DNA of 64,000 nucleotides from an uncultured Thermodesulfobacteriota bacterium (GTDB taxonomy: Bacteria > Desulfobacterota > WTBG01 > CAIYCZ01): positions 11,912 to 75,911 of the forward strand of contig CAZQKW010000009.1 of NCBI GenBank assembly GCA_964594075.1, given 5' to 3'. A program made the translations under genes and the position numbers. Positions 9,787-20,479 of this stretch are shown here, one piece after another; the first letter of the stretch is position 1, and every line of letters starts with the position of its first letter. The notes beneath the pieces are model-generated. The model ran no database searches. It was given only the letters and a program-made list of their open reading frames with translations, and was not told where the DNA came from.

Positions 9787-11190
9787 TTATTTTTTTTCTG
9801 GCTCCTTGGTTTTGCGCCCCCGGCGCGACACCCTGAACCACTGCTCATAATTGGTCTGGCGGCCTCGCCCCACCGCAAGCGCGCCGGGCGGCACATTTTT
9901 GGTTATAGTTGAGCCCGCCCCGATGACCGCATCCTTTCCTACGGTTACCGGAGCCACCAGCGAGGTGTTGCTGCCAATAAACGCGCCGTCTTCGATAACG
10001 GTCGGATGCTTCGCTGTGCCGTCATAATTACAGGTAATCGTCCCGGCGCCAATATTGACGCCTTCGCCTATGGTAGTATCACCGATATAGGTGAGATGAT
10101 TAGCTTTTGAGCCTTTGCCAATCCGGGATTTTTTTACCTCTACAAAATTACCGATGCGGCCGCCCTCTTCTATGCGTGTCTGCGGACGGAGATGCGCAAA
10201 GGGCCCTATGGTGGCGTGCGCACCGATAAAGCTCTCGTCAATAACTGAAGCTGGTTTAATGTGCACGCCGTCGCCGATTACGGAATTGCTGATAATGCAA
10301 TTCATATCGATGATACAGTTGCTGCCAATGACTGAAGCGCCCCGGATGCTGGTATTGGGATAGATGACAGTGTCCGGCCCAATACGTACCGCATAATCAA
10401 TATAAGTTGTAGCAGGATCAATAATGCCGACCCCCTCCTGCATGTGCTGTTTGAGAATCCGCTGCATCATGACCTGTCCCGCCTCTGCCAGCTCAATCCG
10501 GTCATTAATGCCCTTTACCTCTGTGAAATTATCGGTAAGTATCGCTGCGGCAGGTTGTTTCTCCTTCACCGCAAGGGCAATGATGTCGGTCAAATAATAT
10601 TCGCCCTGGTTGTTGTCCGGAACAATTTTTTTCAATGCATAAAAAAGAAACGGCGCTTCACAGCAGTATATGCCGGTATTTATCTCCTGTATCGCTTTGG
10701 TTGCGTCATCAGCATCGCGATGCTCAACAATTGCCCGGAGGGCACCCGCCTCATTGCGCACAATTCTGCCATAACCGGACGGGTCAGCTACTATAACGGT
10801 TAGCACGCTCACCACTGCCCGCGACTCACGATGGCGATGCAGAAAACGGTTGAGCGTTGCCGTGCTAATCAGCGGCACGTCTGCACACATTATAAGTACG
10901 GTTCCGGTAAAATTGCTCAGCACTCCTTCCGTTACAGCCACGGCATGTCCTGAACCAAGCTGTTCCTTTTGCAGTACCGTCGTAATGCCCGCAGGCTTAA
11001 GAATTGTTTCAACCGCTTTTCCTTGATGGCCTACCACTACCACCAGTTTTTCCGGCGCAAGCGCCTGGGCTGTTTGTACGGAATATAAAATCATTGGCTG
11101 ACCGGCTAAAGGATGCAGGACTTTTACTATATTTGATTTCATCCTGGTGCCTTTTCCTGCAGCCAGTATAATAATAGACAGGTTATGCAT
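9787..11190 (-). CDS. glmU: bifunctional GlcNAc-1-P uridyltransferase / glucosamine-1-P acetyltransferase
   Basis: N-terminal LAAGKGTRM nucleotidyltransferase motif, C-terminal left-handed beta-helix hexapeptide repeats. Confidence 0.9.
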   Translation of the reverse strand: MHNLSIIILAAGKGTRMKSNIVKVLHPLAGQPMILYSVQTAQALAPEKLVVVVGHQGKAVETILKPAGITTVLQKEQLGSGHAVAVTEGVLSNFTGTVLIMCADVPLISTATLNRFLHRHRESRAVVSVLTVIVADPSGYGRIVRNEAGALRAIVEHRDADDATKAIQEINTGIYCCEAPFLFYALKKIVPDNNQGEYYLTDIIALAVKEKQPAAAILTDNFTEVKGINDRIELAEAGQVMMQRILKQHMQEGVGIIDPATTYIDYAVRIGPDTVIYPNTSIRGASVIGSNCIIDMNCIISNSVIGDGVHIKPASVIDESFIGAHATIGPFAHLRPQTRIEEGGRIGNFVEVKKSRIGKGSKANHLTYIGDTTIGEGVNIGAGTITCNYDGTAKHPTVIEDGAFIGSNTSLVAPVTVGKDAVIGAGSTITKNVPPGALAVGRGRQTNYEQWFRVSRRGRKTKEPEKK

Positions 11191-11288
11191 GCTTATTACA
11201 ATCGGTAATATATTGACAACAGTAGTTGTTCATGGCACTATCAGCTCAATGTTATCAATAAACCGCTTAATTTAATCATTTTATCGAA

Positions 11289-12143
11289 ATGAAAAACACT
11301 GTGCTCAAGCACTTTTTGTGCATCCTGCTTTTGGCCGGCGCTTATGCCTGCGCTGCCGCGCCAGATATTAAAAAACCGCAAACCGATGAAGACTACTATA
11401 ATAGGGCCATGGCGTTTTTCAAAGCACGCAACTATTTTGATGCCATCCCGGCATTTCAAGAGCTTAAAGAAAAGTTCCCCTTAAGTCCCTATGCGGTGCT
11501 GGCCGAGTTGCGGCTCGGTGACTCTCATTTTTACAAGGAGGAATATGTTGAAGCTATACATATGTATGAAAATTTTCGGCGGCTGCACCCGAACAATCAA
11601 AGCGTTCCTTACAGCATTTATATGACCGGCATGTGTTACTATAATCAGATATTAACTATTGACCGTGACCCCACCTTTGCCCGCCAGGCGGCAGAACAGT
11701 TTCAACAGCTCTTGGAACTGTATCCTGCCAGCCCCTATACGGGAAAAGCGCTCTTCAAGCTGAGCGAATCACGCCGCATCATCGCTGAACACGAATTTCA
11801 CATAGCCGAGTTCTATCTGTTTTACAAAAATTATTCAGGAGCCATTAACCGGTTCAATACGATTCTGAAAGAATATCCGTATGCCATCCCGCGGGAGCGG
11901 GTGATTTTTTATATTGCCAAGGCATATTTCTTATCTGACCAGAAGGAACGCGGTCAGAAATTCTTGAATTATATTATACGAAAATATCCTGATAGCCCCT
12001 ATGCAACACAGGCCAAGGAGCTCTTAGCCTCGGCGGCGCCCAAGAAAGAAGCGCAAAAACTGGTGCAGGAAGCACAAGACAAAGCCGCTGCGCCTGCACC
12101 GGCTACCAAAAAGAAGAAGACTAAGAAATTCCTTATCTTTTAA
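11289..12143 (+). CDS. bamD: outer membrane protein assembly factor BamD (TPR lipoprotein)
   Basis: Lipoprotein signal (LLAGAYAC), TPR repeats, typical BamD opening YYNRAMAFFKARNYFDAIPAFQEL. Confidence 0.75.
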   Translation: MKNTVLKHFLCILLLAGAYACAAAPDIKKPQTDEDYYNRAMAFFKARNYFDAIPAFQELKEKFPLSPYAVLAELRLGDSHFYKEEYVEAIHMYENFRRLHPNNQSVPYSIYMTGMCYYNQILTIDRDPTFARQAAEQFQQLLELYPASPYTGKALFKLSESRRIIAEHEFHIAEFYLFYKNYSGAINRFNTILKEYPYAIPRERVIFYIAKAYFLSDQKERGQKFLNYIIRKYPDSPYATQAKELLASAAPKKEAQKLVQEAQDKAAAPAPATKKKKTKKFLIF

Positions 12144-14791
12144 GACTTAGACCCCAGCATTTCAACAATGGCTGCAACCTTTTCAAGAGCTTCATCTAGC
12201 TTTTCCGGACATTTTCCTCCCGCCTGCGCCAGCTCGTCCTTCCCGCCACCTCTGCCGTCTATGAGCGGGGCAATTTTTTCTATAATCAGCTTTGCCGGAA
12301 ACTGTTTGGCGATATCTTTGGTCACCATCGTAATGACCTGAGCCGTATCTGCTGCTGCGGAACCGACCACTACGATTCCTGATCCGAGTCGGTCTTTGAG
12401 GCGATCCCCATAATCCCTGAGCGCTTTGACATCCGCCGCCTCAACCCGGGTTACCAGCACTTTCACCCCGCCAATGGTGCGCATGTTGTTCAACGCGCCA
12501 CCGGATTGCTGGGTAATTAATTGAGCTTTAAGTGTGGCGACCTCTTTCTCAAGTTGTCTGAGGTCATTCACCAGCCGCTCCACCCGCGACACCACTCCCT
12601 CACGCTCTGTTTTTAAAAGCTGAGACACCTCGCGCAGCATGGACTCCTGTTTTTTCATATAGTTGAGCGCTGCGCGGCCCGTGACAGCCTCAATGCGTCT
12701 GACGCCTGCAGCAACGCTGCCCTCGCTGACTATTTTAAAAATGCCGATATCCCCAGTCCTCCCGACATGGGTCCCGCCACACAGCTCACTGCTAAACTCA
12801 GCAATGTTCACAACCCGAACCTGCTCACCGTATTTTTCGCCAAACAAAGCCGTGGCTCCCTGGGAAAGCGCTTCAGCGAGGGGGACAATGTTCACAAAAA
12901 GGGGTGTGTTCTGCTGGATCCGTTCATTAACCAGTGTCTCTATGGTTTCAAGCTCATCTGTGCTGAGTGGCGCAAAATGGGTAAAGTCAAAGCGGAGCCG
13001 TTCCGCGTTTACCAGAGAACCTGCCTGCTTCACATGATTCCCCAGAACCTGGCGTAGAACCGCATGGAGAATGTGGGTTGCGGTATGGTTATTTGCGGTC
13101 GCCTGCCTTTTTTTCCGATCCACCCGCAGCATCACTTTGTCTCCGCACCGAATCGTTCCCGCTGTTACCTGACCCCGATGGACAATCAGATCAGGCAGCG
13201 GGCGTATGGCAGTGCTAATTTCCACGGTGACTGACTCATTGAATATGTTGCCGCAATCGCCCGCCTGTCCGCCTGCTTCACCGTAGAAGCAGGTCTTTTC
13301 TGTTATCAATTCAATCTGATCGCCTTGGGCAGCATGGCTTACAACCTCTCCATTTCGGATGATGGCGCGCACATGCGATGAACTTTCACAGCATTCGTAG
13401 CCTTCAAAAACCGTCTGAACACCATCCTGAACGAGCCGTTTATATACCGATGCGATTTCATCAGCGCCGGAGCCACGCCAGGATTCTCGGGCGCGCCTGC
13501 GCTGTTCAACCAGCGCCTGTTCAACCTCAGCCACATCTATCTGCATACCGTATTCTGAAGCAATGTCCTGAGCCAGGTCAAGAGGAAACCCGTAGGTATC
13601 ATAGAGCTTAAATACAACCCCCCCGGGGATGAAGCTGCGCCCCTCCTGCTGTAAAGCTTCTATGTGCTCTTGGAGCATTTTAAGGCCTGCTTCAAGGGTT
13701 GACGAGAAATGCTCTTCCTCGTTGAGGACGACCCGTTCGATGTAGTCGCGGGATCGGCTCAGCTCGGGATAAACTGGTTGCATTTCCTGGGCCACAACTT
13801 TAATCGCAGAGCATAAAAACGGCTTGGTCAGCCCCAGTTTTTTCCCGTGACGAGCAGCACGGCGCATAATTCTGCGCAGCACATAGCCCCGGCCTTCATT
13901 TGTCGGCAATACGCCGTCGCCGATGAGAAATGCTATGGCGCGGCTGTGATCAGCGATGATTCTGATCGAGATGTCATGCTCGGGATTTTTTCCATACGGC
14001 GTGCCCGCATATTCTTCGACAAAGTGGACGAGAGGAAGAAACAGATCCGTGTCATAGTTGCTGCCAACACCCTGAACGATGGCAGTAATGCGCTCCAGCC
14101 CCATGCCGGTATCTATGCTGGGGCGTGGCAGCGGAGTTATCTTTCCCTGCTGATCGCGGTTATACTGCATGAATACCAGATTCCAGAGTTCAAGATAGCG
14201 GTCGCAGTCGCATCCGACCCTGCAGTCTGATTTGCCGCAGCCACATGCCGGGCCCTGATCAATAATAATTTCGGAACAGGGACCGCAGGGACCGGTTTCT
14301 CCCATTGACCAGAAATTATCTTTTTCTCCCATGCAAACGATGCGCGCCGGATTCAACCCGATTCGCTCGCGCCAGATGACAGCCGCCTCCTCATCTTCTT
14401 CAAACACGCTTACCCAGAGTTTTTCCACCGGCAGATTAAAATGGCCGGTCAGTAATTCCCAGGCCATGCAGATTGCTTCCTCTTTAAAATAATCGCCAAA
14501 AGAAAAATTGCCCAGCATTTCAAAGAATGTATGATGGCGGGCTGTCCGGCCGACATTTTCCAGATCATTATGCTTGCCGCCGGCACGTACACACTTCTGG
14601 GAAGATGCGGCGCGCCGGTATGGGCGGGTCTCCTCTCCCAGAAACACCCCTTTAAATTGAACCATGCCGGCATTAGTGAACATCAGGGTAGGGTCGTTAG
14701 AAGGAATGAGGGAAGCGCTTGCAACCACCGTATGATTTTTGTTTCTGAAAAAATCTAAGAATTCTTTTCTGATCTCAAATGATGTCTTCAT
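12140..14791 (-). CDS. alaS: alanine--tRNA ligase
   Basis: 883 aa; class II aaRS motifs, editing domain HxxxH...CGGTH, C-terminal DHHA1. Confidence 0.9.
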   Translation of the reverse strand: MKTSFEIRKEFLDFFRNKNHTVVASASLIPSNDPTLMFTNAGMVQFKGVFLGEETRPYRRAASSQKCVRAGGKHNDLENVGRTARHHTFFEMLGNFSFGDYFKEEAICMAWELLTGHFNLPVEKLWVSVFEEDEEAAVIWRERIGLNPARIVCMGEKDNFWSMGETGPCGPCSEIIIDQGPACGCGKSDCRVGCDCDRYLELWNLVFMQYNRDQQGKITPLPRPSIDTGMGLERITAIVQGVGSNYDTDLFLPLVHFVEEYAGTPYGKNPEHDISIRIIADHSRAIAFLIGDGVLPTNEGRGYVLRRIMRRAARHGKKLGLTKPFLCSAIKVVAQEMQPVYPELSRSRDYIERVVLNEEEHFSSTLEAGLKMLQEHIEALQQEGRSFIPGGVVFKLYDTYGFPLDLAQDIASEYGMQIDVAEVEQALVEQRRRARESWRGSGADEIASVYKRLVQDGVQTVFEGYECCESSSHVRAIIRNGEVVSHAAQGDQIELITEKTCFYGEAGGQAGDCGNIFNESVTVEISTAIRPLPDLIVHRGQVTAGTIRCGDKVMLRVDRKKRQATANNHTATHILHAVLRQVLGNHVKQAGSLVNAERLRFDFTHFAPLSTDELETIETLVNERIQQNTPLFVNIVPLAEALSQGATALFGEKYGEQVRVVNIAEFSSELCGGTHVGRTGDIGIFKIVSEGSVAAGVRRIEAVTGRAALNYMKKQESMLREVSQLLKTEREGVVSRVERLVNDLRQLEKEVATLKAQLITQQSGGALNNMRTIGGVKVLVTRVEAADVKALRDYGDRLKDRLGSGIVVVGSAAADTAQVITMVTKDIAKQFPAKLIIEKIAPLIDGRGGGKDELAQAGGKCPEKLDEALEKVAAIVEMLGSKS

Positions 14792-14881
14792 ATCCTGAAA
14801 TGTGAGAGCAGAACCGGTAAAAAAACGCGGCCATTATTTCAGCGTATTCTGCAAAACAGCCCTATGCCGTCGTATCCTTTC

Positions 14882-15364
14882 TTACCGCTGCCATTTTCCG
14901 TTATCGATGTTGTCCGCATCCAGATTTTTGCCAATGGCATCCTGAGTAAAGCCCCGCGACTGTAAAAAGCGAACCATCTGTTCCCGCGACGGCTGGCGGC
15001 CTGTTCGGCTATAGTGTTTTTGCAGCGCGGCACGGGCGACGTCGGCTTCATCAAACGTGTGCCAGATCTGTTGCTGCACCCGATCAATCACTTCGCGCTC
15101 AATACCCTTATGCATGAGATATGCTTTGACCTTATGCCGTCCCCAACAGCGCTTTTCCACAAGCGAAAGCGCCCACTGTAAGGATGTCTTTTCATCGTTG
15201 ATATATCCCAGCCGTTCGACAACTTCAAGCACATGACCAGCGACAGTTGGGTCAAAACCCTTTTTGAGAAGCTTGGCCTTCAGCTCTTCCTGACTATGCG
15301 AGCGGCGGGCAAGAAGGCGATACGCTGCGGCGAGCGCCTGCCGGAAAACTGCCTCACTTTCCAT
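14882..15364 (-). CDS. recX: regulatory protein RecX (start at internal MESEAVF)
   Basis: RecX-like helical repeats; immediately downstream of and slightly overlapping recA. Confidence 0.7.
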   Translation of the reverse strand: MESEAVFRQALAAAYRLLARRSHSQEELKAKLLKKGFDPTVAGHVLEVVERLGYINDEKTSLQWALSLVEKRCWGRHKVKAYLMHKGIEREVIDRVQQQIWHTFDEADVARAALQKHYSRTGRQPSREQMVRFLQSRGFTQDAIGKNLDADNIDNGKWQR

Positions 15365-16418
15365 CCCGGGGCTTGGCTTTTGGCGAGCTGTCAACAGGTT
15401 TCTGGGCAATGCCAGCACGCGTAAGAATGGTTTCTTCTATTTCACGTGCTATCTCGGGGTGTTCTTTTAAAAACCCCTTGGCATTTTCCCGGCCCTGCCC
15501 GATGCGTTCATTTTTGTAGGAAAACCAGGCGCCACTCTTTTCAATAATATTTTCCGCAACGCCCAGATCAATAATATCTCCCACCCGTGAAATTCCCTCG
15601 CCAAACACGATGTCAAATTCTACCTCCCGGAAGGGTGGCGCAATTTTATTTTTCACTACTTTTACCTTGGTCCGATGTCCGGTAACATTGTCGCCATCCT
15701 TGATCATGCCTATTTTCCTGATATCCAACCGTATTGTGGAGTAAAACTTGAGGGCGTTTCCGCCGGTCGTCGTTTCCGGGTTGCCAAACATCACCCCTAT
15801 TTTCATTCGGATCTGATTAATAAAAATGACTGCTGTCATGGACTTGCTTATGGCAGCCGCCAGTTTGCGCAAAGCCTGTGACATCAGACGCGCCTGTAGC
15901 CCCATGTGCGCATCGCCCATTTCTCCTTCTATTTCTGCCCGCGGTACCAGTGCCGCCACAGAATCAATCACCAGAACGTCAATAGCACCGCTGCGCACCA
16001 GCATCTCGCTAATTTCCAACGCCTGCTCGCCATGATCCGGCTGCGAGACAAGCAGCTCATCGGTTTTAACCCCCAGCTTGCGTGCGTAGGAAATATCCAG
16101 TGCATGCTCGGCATCAATAAATGCTGCATTGCCGCCCATCTTTTGCGCCTCAGCAATAATATGCAGCGCCAGCGTGGTTTTGCCGGATGACTCGGGACCA
16201 AAAATTTCAATAACCCGTCCGCGCGGGATCCCCCCCAGCCCGAGGGCTATATCCAGGCTGATCGAGCCGGTAGGTATGACCGGCAGGTCGGGAATCAGTG
16301 CCCCCTCATCGCCCAGACGCATGATCGCCCCTTTCCCAAACTGTTTTTCAATCTGGCTTAATGCCATATCAATTGCTTTTGCCTTGTTGTGGTCTTTTGT
16401 GGGTACTTCTTTAGTCAT
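15354..16418 (-). CDS. recA: recombinase RecA
   Basis: Canonical RecA sequence (GPESSGKTT Walker A, L1/L2 loops), 354 aa. Confidence 0.95.
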   Translation of the reverse strand: MTKEVPTKDHNKAKAIDMALSQIEKQFGKGAIMRLGDEGALIPDLPVIPTGSISLDIALGLGGIPRGRVIEIFGPESSGKTTLALHIIAEAQKMGGNAAFIDAEHALDISYARKLGVKTDELLVSQPDHGEQALEISEMLVRSGAIDVLVIDSVAALVPRAEIEGEMGDAHMGLQARLMSQALRKLAAAISKSMTAVIFINQIRMKIGVMFGNPETTTGGNALKFYSTIRLDIRKIGMIKDGDNVTGHRTKVKVVKNKIAPPFREVEFDIVFGEGISRVGDIIDLGVAENIIEKSGAWFSYKNERIGQGRENAKGFLKEHPEIAREIEETILTRAGIAQKPVDSSPKAKPRDGK

Positions 16419-16449
16419 GAAAAATATCCTCCGCTTTTGGCTGCGGCCT

Positions 16450-16464
16450 GGTTTTAATTAGACC
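16450..16464. promoter_or_regulatory. imperfect palindrome GGTTTTAATTAGACC ~32 nt upstream of recA start; candidate SOS (LexA-type) operator
   Basis: GGT...ACC inverted repeat in the recA promoter region; does not exactly fit a published LexA-box spacing I can recall. Confidence 0.2.
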
Positions 16465-16490
16465 TGCGACTGCACCGATCCGCTGCTGAT

Positions 16491-17063
16491 TTAAAGGTGT
16501 ATGGTTTTTAAAGAAGAATAAACCGGCCCTTCTGGAACCAGGTCACTTCTATAAAACACCAGGGTATCTGCTGTGAAACATCCCAAATGGTGATTTTTAT
16601 AATTTTCTATCAGGTTTTCAATATGATGCTTTCCCCTACGTTCTTTCACTCTGCCAAGAGTCAAATGGGGTGCATAGAGGCGCTTTTCCGGAGCAAAACC
16701 TATGGCCGCAAGAGCCTCTTCCAGTTGTTTCTGAAACTGCATAAGGGGCTGCACAGGGTCATTTATGCCAACCCAGATGACTTTTGGGTTGCGGGGATTG
16801 GGGAACGCCCCGACCCCGGCCGCATGCAGCGTAAAGGGTCTTATGCCGGTTGCGACGTCCTCAAAAATGCGGGCAATCAATGCTACTTGAGATTCTGCAA
16901 TGGCACCTAAAAATTTCAGCGTCAGATGGATATGGTCCGGCTTAACCCATCTGACGCAATCGGTCTGATTACGCAGTTCATCCTGAAGGTTTTGCAGGCT
17001 TTTTTTTAGATCTTCAGGCAAATCTAATGCAATAAACGAGCGGACTTTTGCCATCGGATACAT
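16491..17063 (-). CDS. thpR: RNA 2',3'-cyclic phosphodiesterase (2H phosphoesterase, LigT/ThpR)
   Basis: Two H-x-T/S-x motifs (HLTLKFLG and HLTLGRV), ~185 aa. Confidence 0.75.
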   Translation of the reverse strand: MYPMAKVRSFIALDLPEDLKKSLQNLQDELRNQTDCVRWVKPDHIHLTLKFLGAIAESQVALIARIFEDVATGIRPFTLHAAGVGAFPNPRNPKVIWVGINDPVQPLMQFQKQLEEALAAIGFAPEKRLYAPHLTLGRVKERRGKHHIENLIENYKNHHLGCFTADTLVFYRSDLVPEGPVYSSLKTIHL

Positions 17064-17408
17064 AAGCTAATGCTATTGAACACCTATCACAGACGCACGC
17101 CATTGTCAACGCGAACCACCCTCCAATACTTTTCACCAAAAAAATAATTTTGTTGCTGTGTGCATAGCACTCAGGTTTTTTTCAATCCACCAGAATCGCT
17201 TTGAGCCTGCGGAACAGCAGGGACTTTCAAATGCTGCACAGCCTGCTCCAGTGCATTTTAGCCATAGCGAAGAATTAGGCGCCGCTGAGTTGACGCCCGC
17301 ATCTCAAGATATTGATGTGAGGGCAACTCCTTATTAAGCATCTCGTTTCTGCCGGGAGTTCCTGCAAAACTTTGCAGCCACCTCCTCGAACCAGCATCAA
17401 TATCAGCG

Positions 17409-18662
17409 CTATACAGTCCTATGAGCAGATAATATAAATTTGCGCAAATTATTTAACGCTATTTGCGCTGACATCAGTTTAATCTGTTCACGGCTCCCAA
17501 ACAAGCAATAATTGTTTACCTCAATAGTATGGGTGGAAGCTATGCCGATAAAAACTGTTCCCACAGGCTTTTCAGCAGTGCCTCCGGTCGGTCCGGCAAT
17601 ACCGGTCACTGATAAACCAAACGTTGTTCCCGAACGTTCCCGCACCTGTTTTGCCATAAGGCGGGCCGTTTGCTCGCTTACCGCACCATGTTCCTTGAAA
17701 ACTGACTGCGGTATGCCCAGTAATTCTGATTTAGCACGATTGCTGTAAACCACTACGGATCGCTCGAAATAATTAGAACTTCCGGAGATGTTAGTAATGC
17801 GGTGACTGATAAGTCCTCCGGTGCATGACTCGGCAACAGCAAGGGTTGCCCGGTTTGCGCCGAGCAGCTTTCCGACAACCGCCTCCAGAGGTTCATCATC
17901 AACAGAGTAAACAAATTCTCCAATTTTCTCATTTATAATGCCGATTATGGAGTCAAGATTCTTCTGGACTGTTTTTGGGTCGGCACCGATGCCGGTTAAT
18001 CTCAGTCGAACTTCAGGATAAGTTGGCAGATAGGCAAGAGATACCGCCGTGTTCCCTGAAATAGCACCCTTCAAACGTTCTTGAATTGCCGATTCCCACA
18101 GGCCGAAGACCCGCAGCGTGCGGTTGATTATAACCTGCAGGCCCCCGGTTTTTTTGCGCAGATAAGGCAAGAGAAAAGATTCGGTCATAGCTTCAACTTC
18201 AGCGGGAACGCCCGGCAAGAACATGAACTCCTGCCCGCGGTTTTCGATAATAAAACCACTTGCCGTACCAACCGGGTTGGGAATTAATCGTACCCCTTCA
18301 GGCAGCAGAGCCTGCTTGCTGCTGGGAAATGGCATCTTCATATGCACGCCCTGGAATATTTTTTCTATCGCAGCCAGTGCCTCCTGGTTCAGCACCAGGC
18401 GTTTGCCAAATGTTTGTGCAGCAGCAGCTGCGGTGCAGTCATCGTCGGTTGGCCCAAGCCCTCCGGTTACGATAATGAATCGGCTTTGTGGCAAAACCGT
18501 ATTCAAACATGACACTATATCATCTATCGCATCGCCCACCGAACTCATGCGGGATACGCTGAGGCCAATAGTAGTGAGGCTACGCGCGATAAACGCAGCA
18601 TTGGTGTCAACAGTTTCGCCCGACAGCAATTCATTACCGATAGTTATAATTTCAACCGACAC
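17409..18662 (-). CDS. cinA: competence/damage-inducible protein CinA (MoCF-binding + NMN deamidase PncC domain)
   Basis: N-terminal IITIGNELLSGETVDTNA MoCF-binding motif and C-terminal CinA domain (TLAVAESCTGG). Confidence 0.8.
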   Translation of the reverse strand: MSVEIITIGNELLSGETVDTNAAFIARSLTTIGLSVSRMSSVGDAIDDIVSCLNTVLPQSRFIIVTGGLGPTDDDCTAAAAAQTFGKRLVLNQEALAAIEKIFQGVHMKMPFPSSKQALLPEGVRLIPNPVGTASGFIIENRGQEFMFLPGVPAEVEAMTESFLLPYLRKKTGGLQVIINRTLRVFGLWESAIQERLKGAISGNTAVSLAYLPTYPEVRLRLTGIGADPKTVQKNLDSIIGIINEKIGEFVYSVDDEPLEAVVGKLLGANRATLAVAESCTGGLISHRITNISGSSNYFERSVVVYSNRAKSELLGIPQSVFKEHGAVSEQTARLMAKQVRERSGTTFGLSVTGIAGPTGGTAEKPVGTVFIGIASTHTIEVNNYCLFGSREQIKLMSAQIALNNLRKFILSAHRTV

Positions 18663-18679
18663 GTGAACAGTATCCTTCT

Positions 18680-19141
18680 TTATAAAAGCACCTGTAATAT
18701 CTGCATTACAATGTTTGCGTACACACCTGCCAGCACATCGTCAAGCACGATACCATATCCTCCCGCCACATGCTGATCAATCCACCTGATGGGATAGGGC
18801 TTTACAATATCCATAATCCGGAACAGGATAAACCCTGTTATGATATACCCCCACGATGGCGTAATCCCTGCCATAGCCACGAGGTACCCGGCAATTTCAT
18901 CTATGACAACCTGCGGCGGATCTTTTTTTTGAAATATGAGGGCAGCCCTGGCTGCCCACCAGATGGCGAAAAAAATAAAGGCTATGACGGTGGTGCAATA
19001 AAGGGGAAATAAAAGAGGGGCGAGGGCCAAAAAAAGAACGACGCCCATGAGTGAGCCGGCAGTGCCGGGAATGCCGGGGAAAAAACCGCTGTAGCAGCCT
19101 GTCGCAAGGAGCACAACCAGCCAGTTTTTTCGCACACTCAT
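18680..19141 (-). CDS. pgpA: phosphatidylglycerophosphatase A
   Basis: PgpA family membrane protein (GFFPGIPGTAGSL motif). Confidence 0.75.
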   Translation of the reverse strand: MSVRKNWLVVLLATGCYSGFFPGIPGTAGSLMGVVLFLALAPLLFPLYCTTVIAFIFFAIWWAARAALIFQKKDPPQVVIDEIAGYLVAMAGITPSWGYIITGFILFRIMDIVKPYPIRWIDQHVAGGYGIVLDDVLAGVYANIVMQILQVLL

Positions 19142-19518
19142 CCTGATGCCTTTTCCACCCGAATGGCAGCCCCTGCCTTGAGCTGGTGAAGGACTGATAG
19201 GTCCCCAATAACGTTTCCAAAAACGTTGACCGCGCTTGCCGGTCGGATTTCGGTTCCCGTGCTTGCAGGAGTTGGGCCGAAAAATATACAGAAGGCGGGG
19301 CCGCTCGGCCAGTAACCCAGATCGCCCTTCTGAACAACTTCATGCGCGGTATCATCGAGGTTTATGTGTACAGGAATGATAAAATAAATTTCATCACCCC
19401 AGGTTTGGGCAGTGCTGGTCAAGGGCAATGCATCCCAGATGGCATCAGCTGTGGGACAGTCATGCAGAATGCCGGTAATTTCCTGTGAGCCTGACACAAT
19501 TCTAATCTTACGTTCCAT
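19138..19518 (-). CDS. cyclophilin-like fold protein (TM1367/DUF369-like)
   Basis: 126 aa, pattern GDLGYWPSGPAFCIFFG typical of the cyclophilin-like family; ATGA overlap with pgpA. Confidence 0.5.
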   Translation of the reverse strand: MERKIRIVSGSQEITGILHDCPTADAIWDALPLTSTAQTWGDEIYFIIPVHINLDDTAHEVVQKGDLGYWPSGPAFCIFFGPTPASTGTEIRPASAVNVFGNVIGDLSVLHQLKAGAAIRVEKASG

Positions 19519-20461
19519 CCGGTCCCCCCTCCTTTAATGCGGCAGCCAGAAGCGGAATCATAATTTCATGATGGCCTGTGAGGACAAACCCTTTGCCCCC
19601 TCTTGCCACCGGGCGGCTGGCAACATTAGTCAGCGGCCGGTAGTGTCGCAGAAAATCAAGTGTAACAGTGGTAAAATGGTTGACGGTGTGGCCCAGATTT
19701 CGTGCCAGATTGACAGCCTTCAGAAACACCTCCGGAAGAACGACCGCCGAGCCAATATTGAGATACGCACCGCCTTCAAGGTGTCCTACAATTCCCGTCA
19801 GCAGGCGGAAGTCCCGATGGCTTGCTTCACCATGGTCAGATCCACTGCATGACGGATGCATGTGGATGATATCGGTTCCTATCGCCACATGGACGGTAAC
19901 AGGGATGCCGCGCGCAGTTGCAGCGGCAAGGAGGCTTTCCTGAATATACGGAAAGCCGCTGTCCAGAAGTGCCTCCCCCACAGATTCCCCCAAGCCTTTG
20001 CCGCTCGCAACCCCGCGCGAAACGGCAGTATTTATAAATATGGCAGGCTCCTCTGCCATGCCAAAATCGCCGCTGTCAAGTTCTGATGCCACATCTTCAG
20101 ATGTCTGCCCCAGCATAGCCATTTCTACATCATGGATGACGCCGGCGCCATTTAATGCAAGGGCGGTTACAAAGCCCCGGTCCATAAGGTCGATTAGAAT
20201 CAAAGAGAGTCCCACCTTGATGACATGGGCGCCGATACCCCACAGAATGACTTTATTATTTTTACGGGCGGCACTGAGACTCTGGACTATCTCTTTAAAA
20301 TCCCGGGCAGCCAGGATATCAGGGAGACTCTGCACAAAATCCTTTAATAGTAACGGGCTTCTGCACACGGAGCCCAATTTTTCCCGCGCAACTAGGCTTT
20401 TTCGTCGTTTAAGTGAACGAGTTCGTGCGCAGTGTAAGTCAACGGGTTTAAATCGCTTCAT
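19508..20461 (-). CDS. deoxyhypusine synthase-like family protein
   Basis: ILWGIGAHVIKVGLSLILIDLMDRGFVTALALNGAGVIHDVE aligns to the DHS Rossmann segment (...VLVTTAGGVEEDL); later GTDIIHMHP; ~317 aa. Confidence 0.5.
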   Translation of the reverse strand: MKRFKPVDLHCARTRSLKRRKSLVAREKLGSVCRSPLLLKDFVQSLPDILAARDFKEIVQSLSAARKNNKVILWGIGAHVIKVGLSLILIDLMDRGFVTALALNGAGVIHDVEMAMLGQTSEDVASELDSGDFGMAEEPAIFINTAVSRGVASGKGLGESVGEALLDSGFPYIQESLLAAATARGIPVTVHVAIGTDIIHMHPSCSGSDHGEASHRDFRLLTGIVGHLEGGAYLNIGSAVVLPEVFLKAVNLARNLGHTVNHFTTVTLDFLRHYRPLTNVASRPVARGGKGFVLTGHHEIMIPLLAAALKEGGPDGT

Positions 20462-20479
20462 AGAGAGCCAGGGGTAGTT

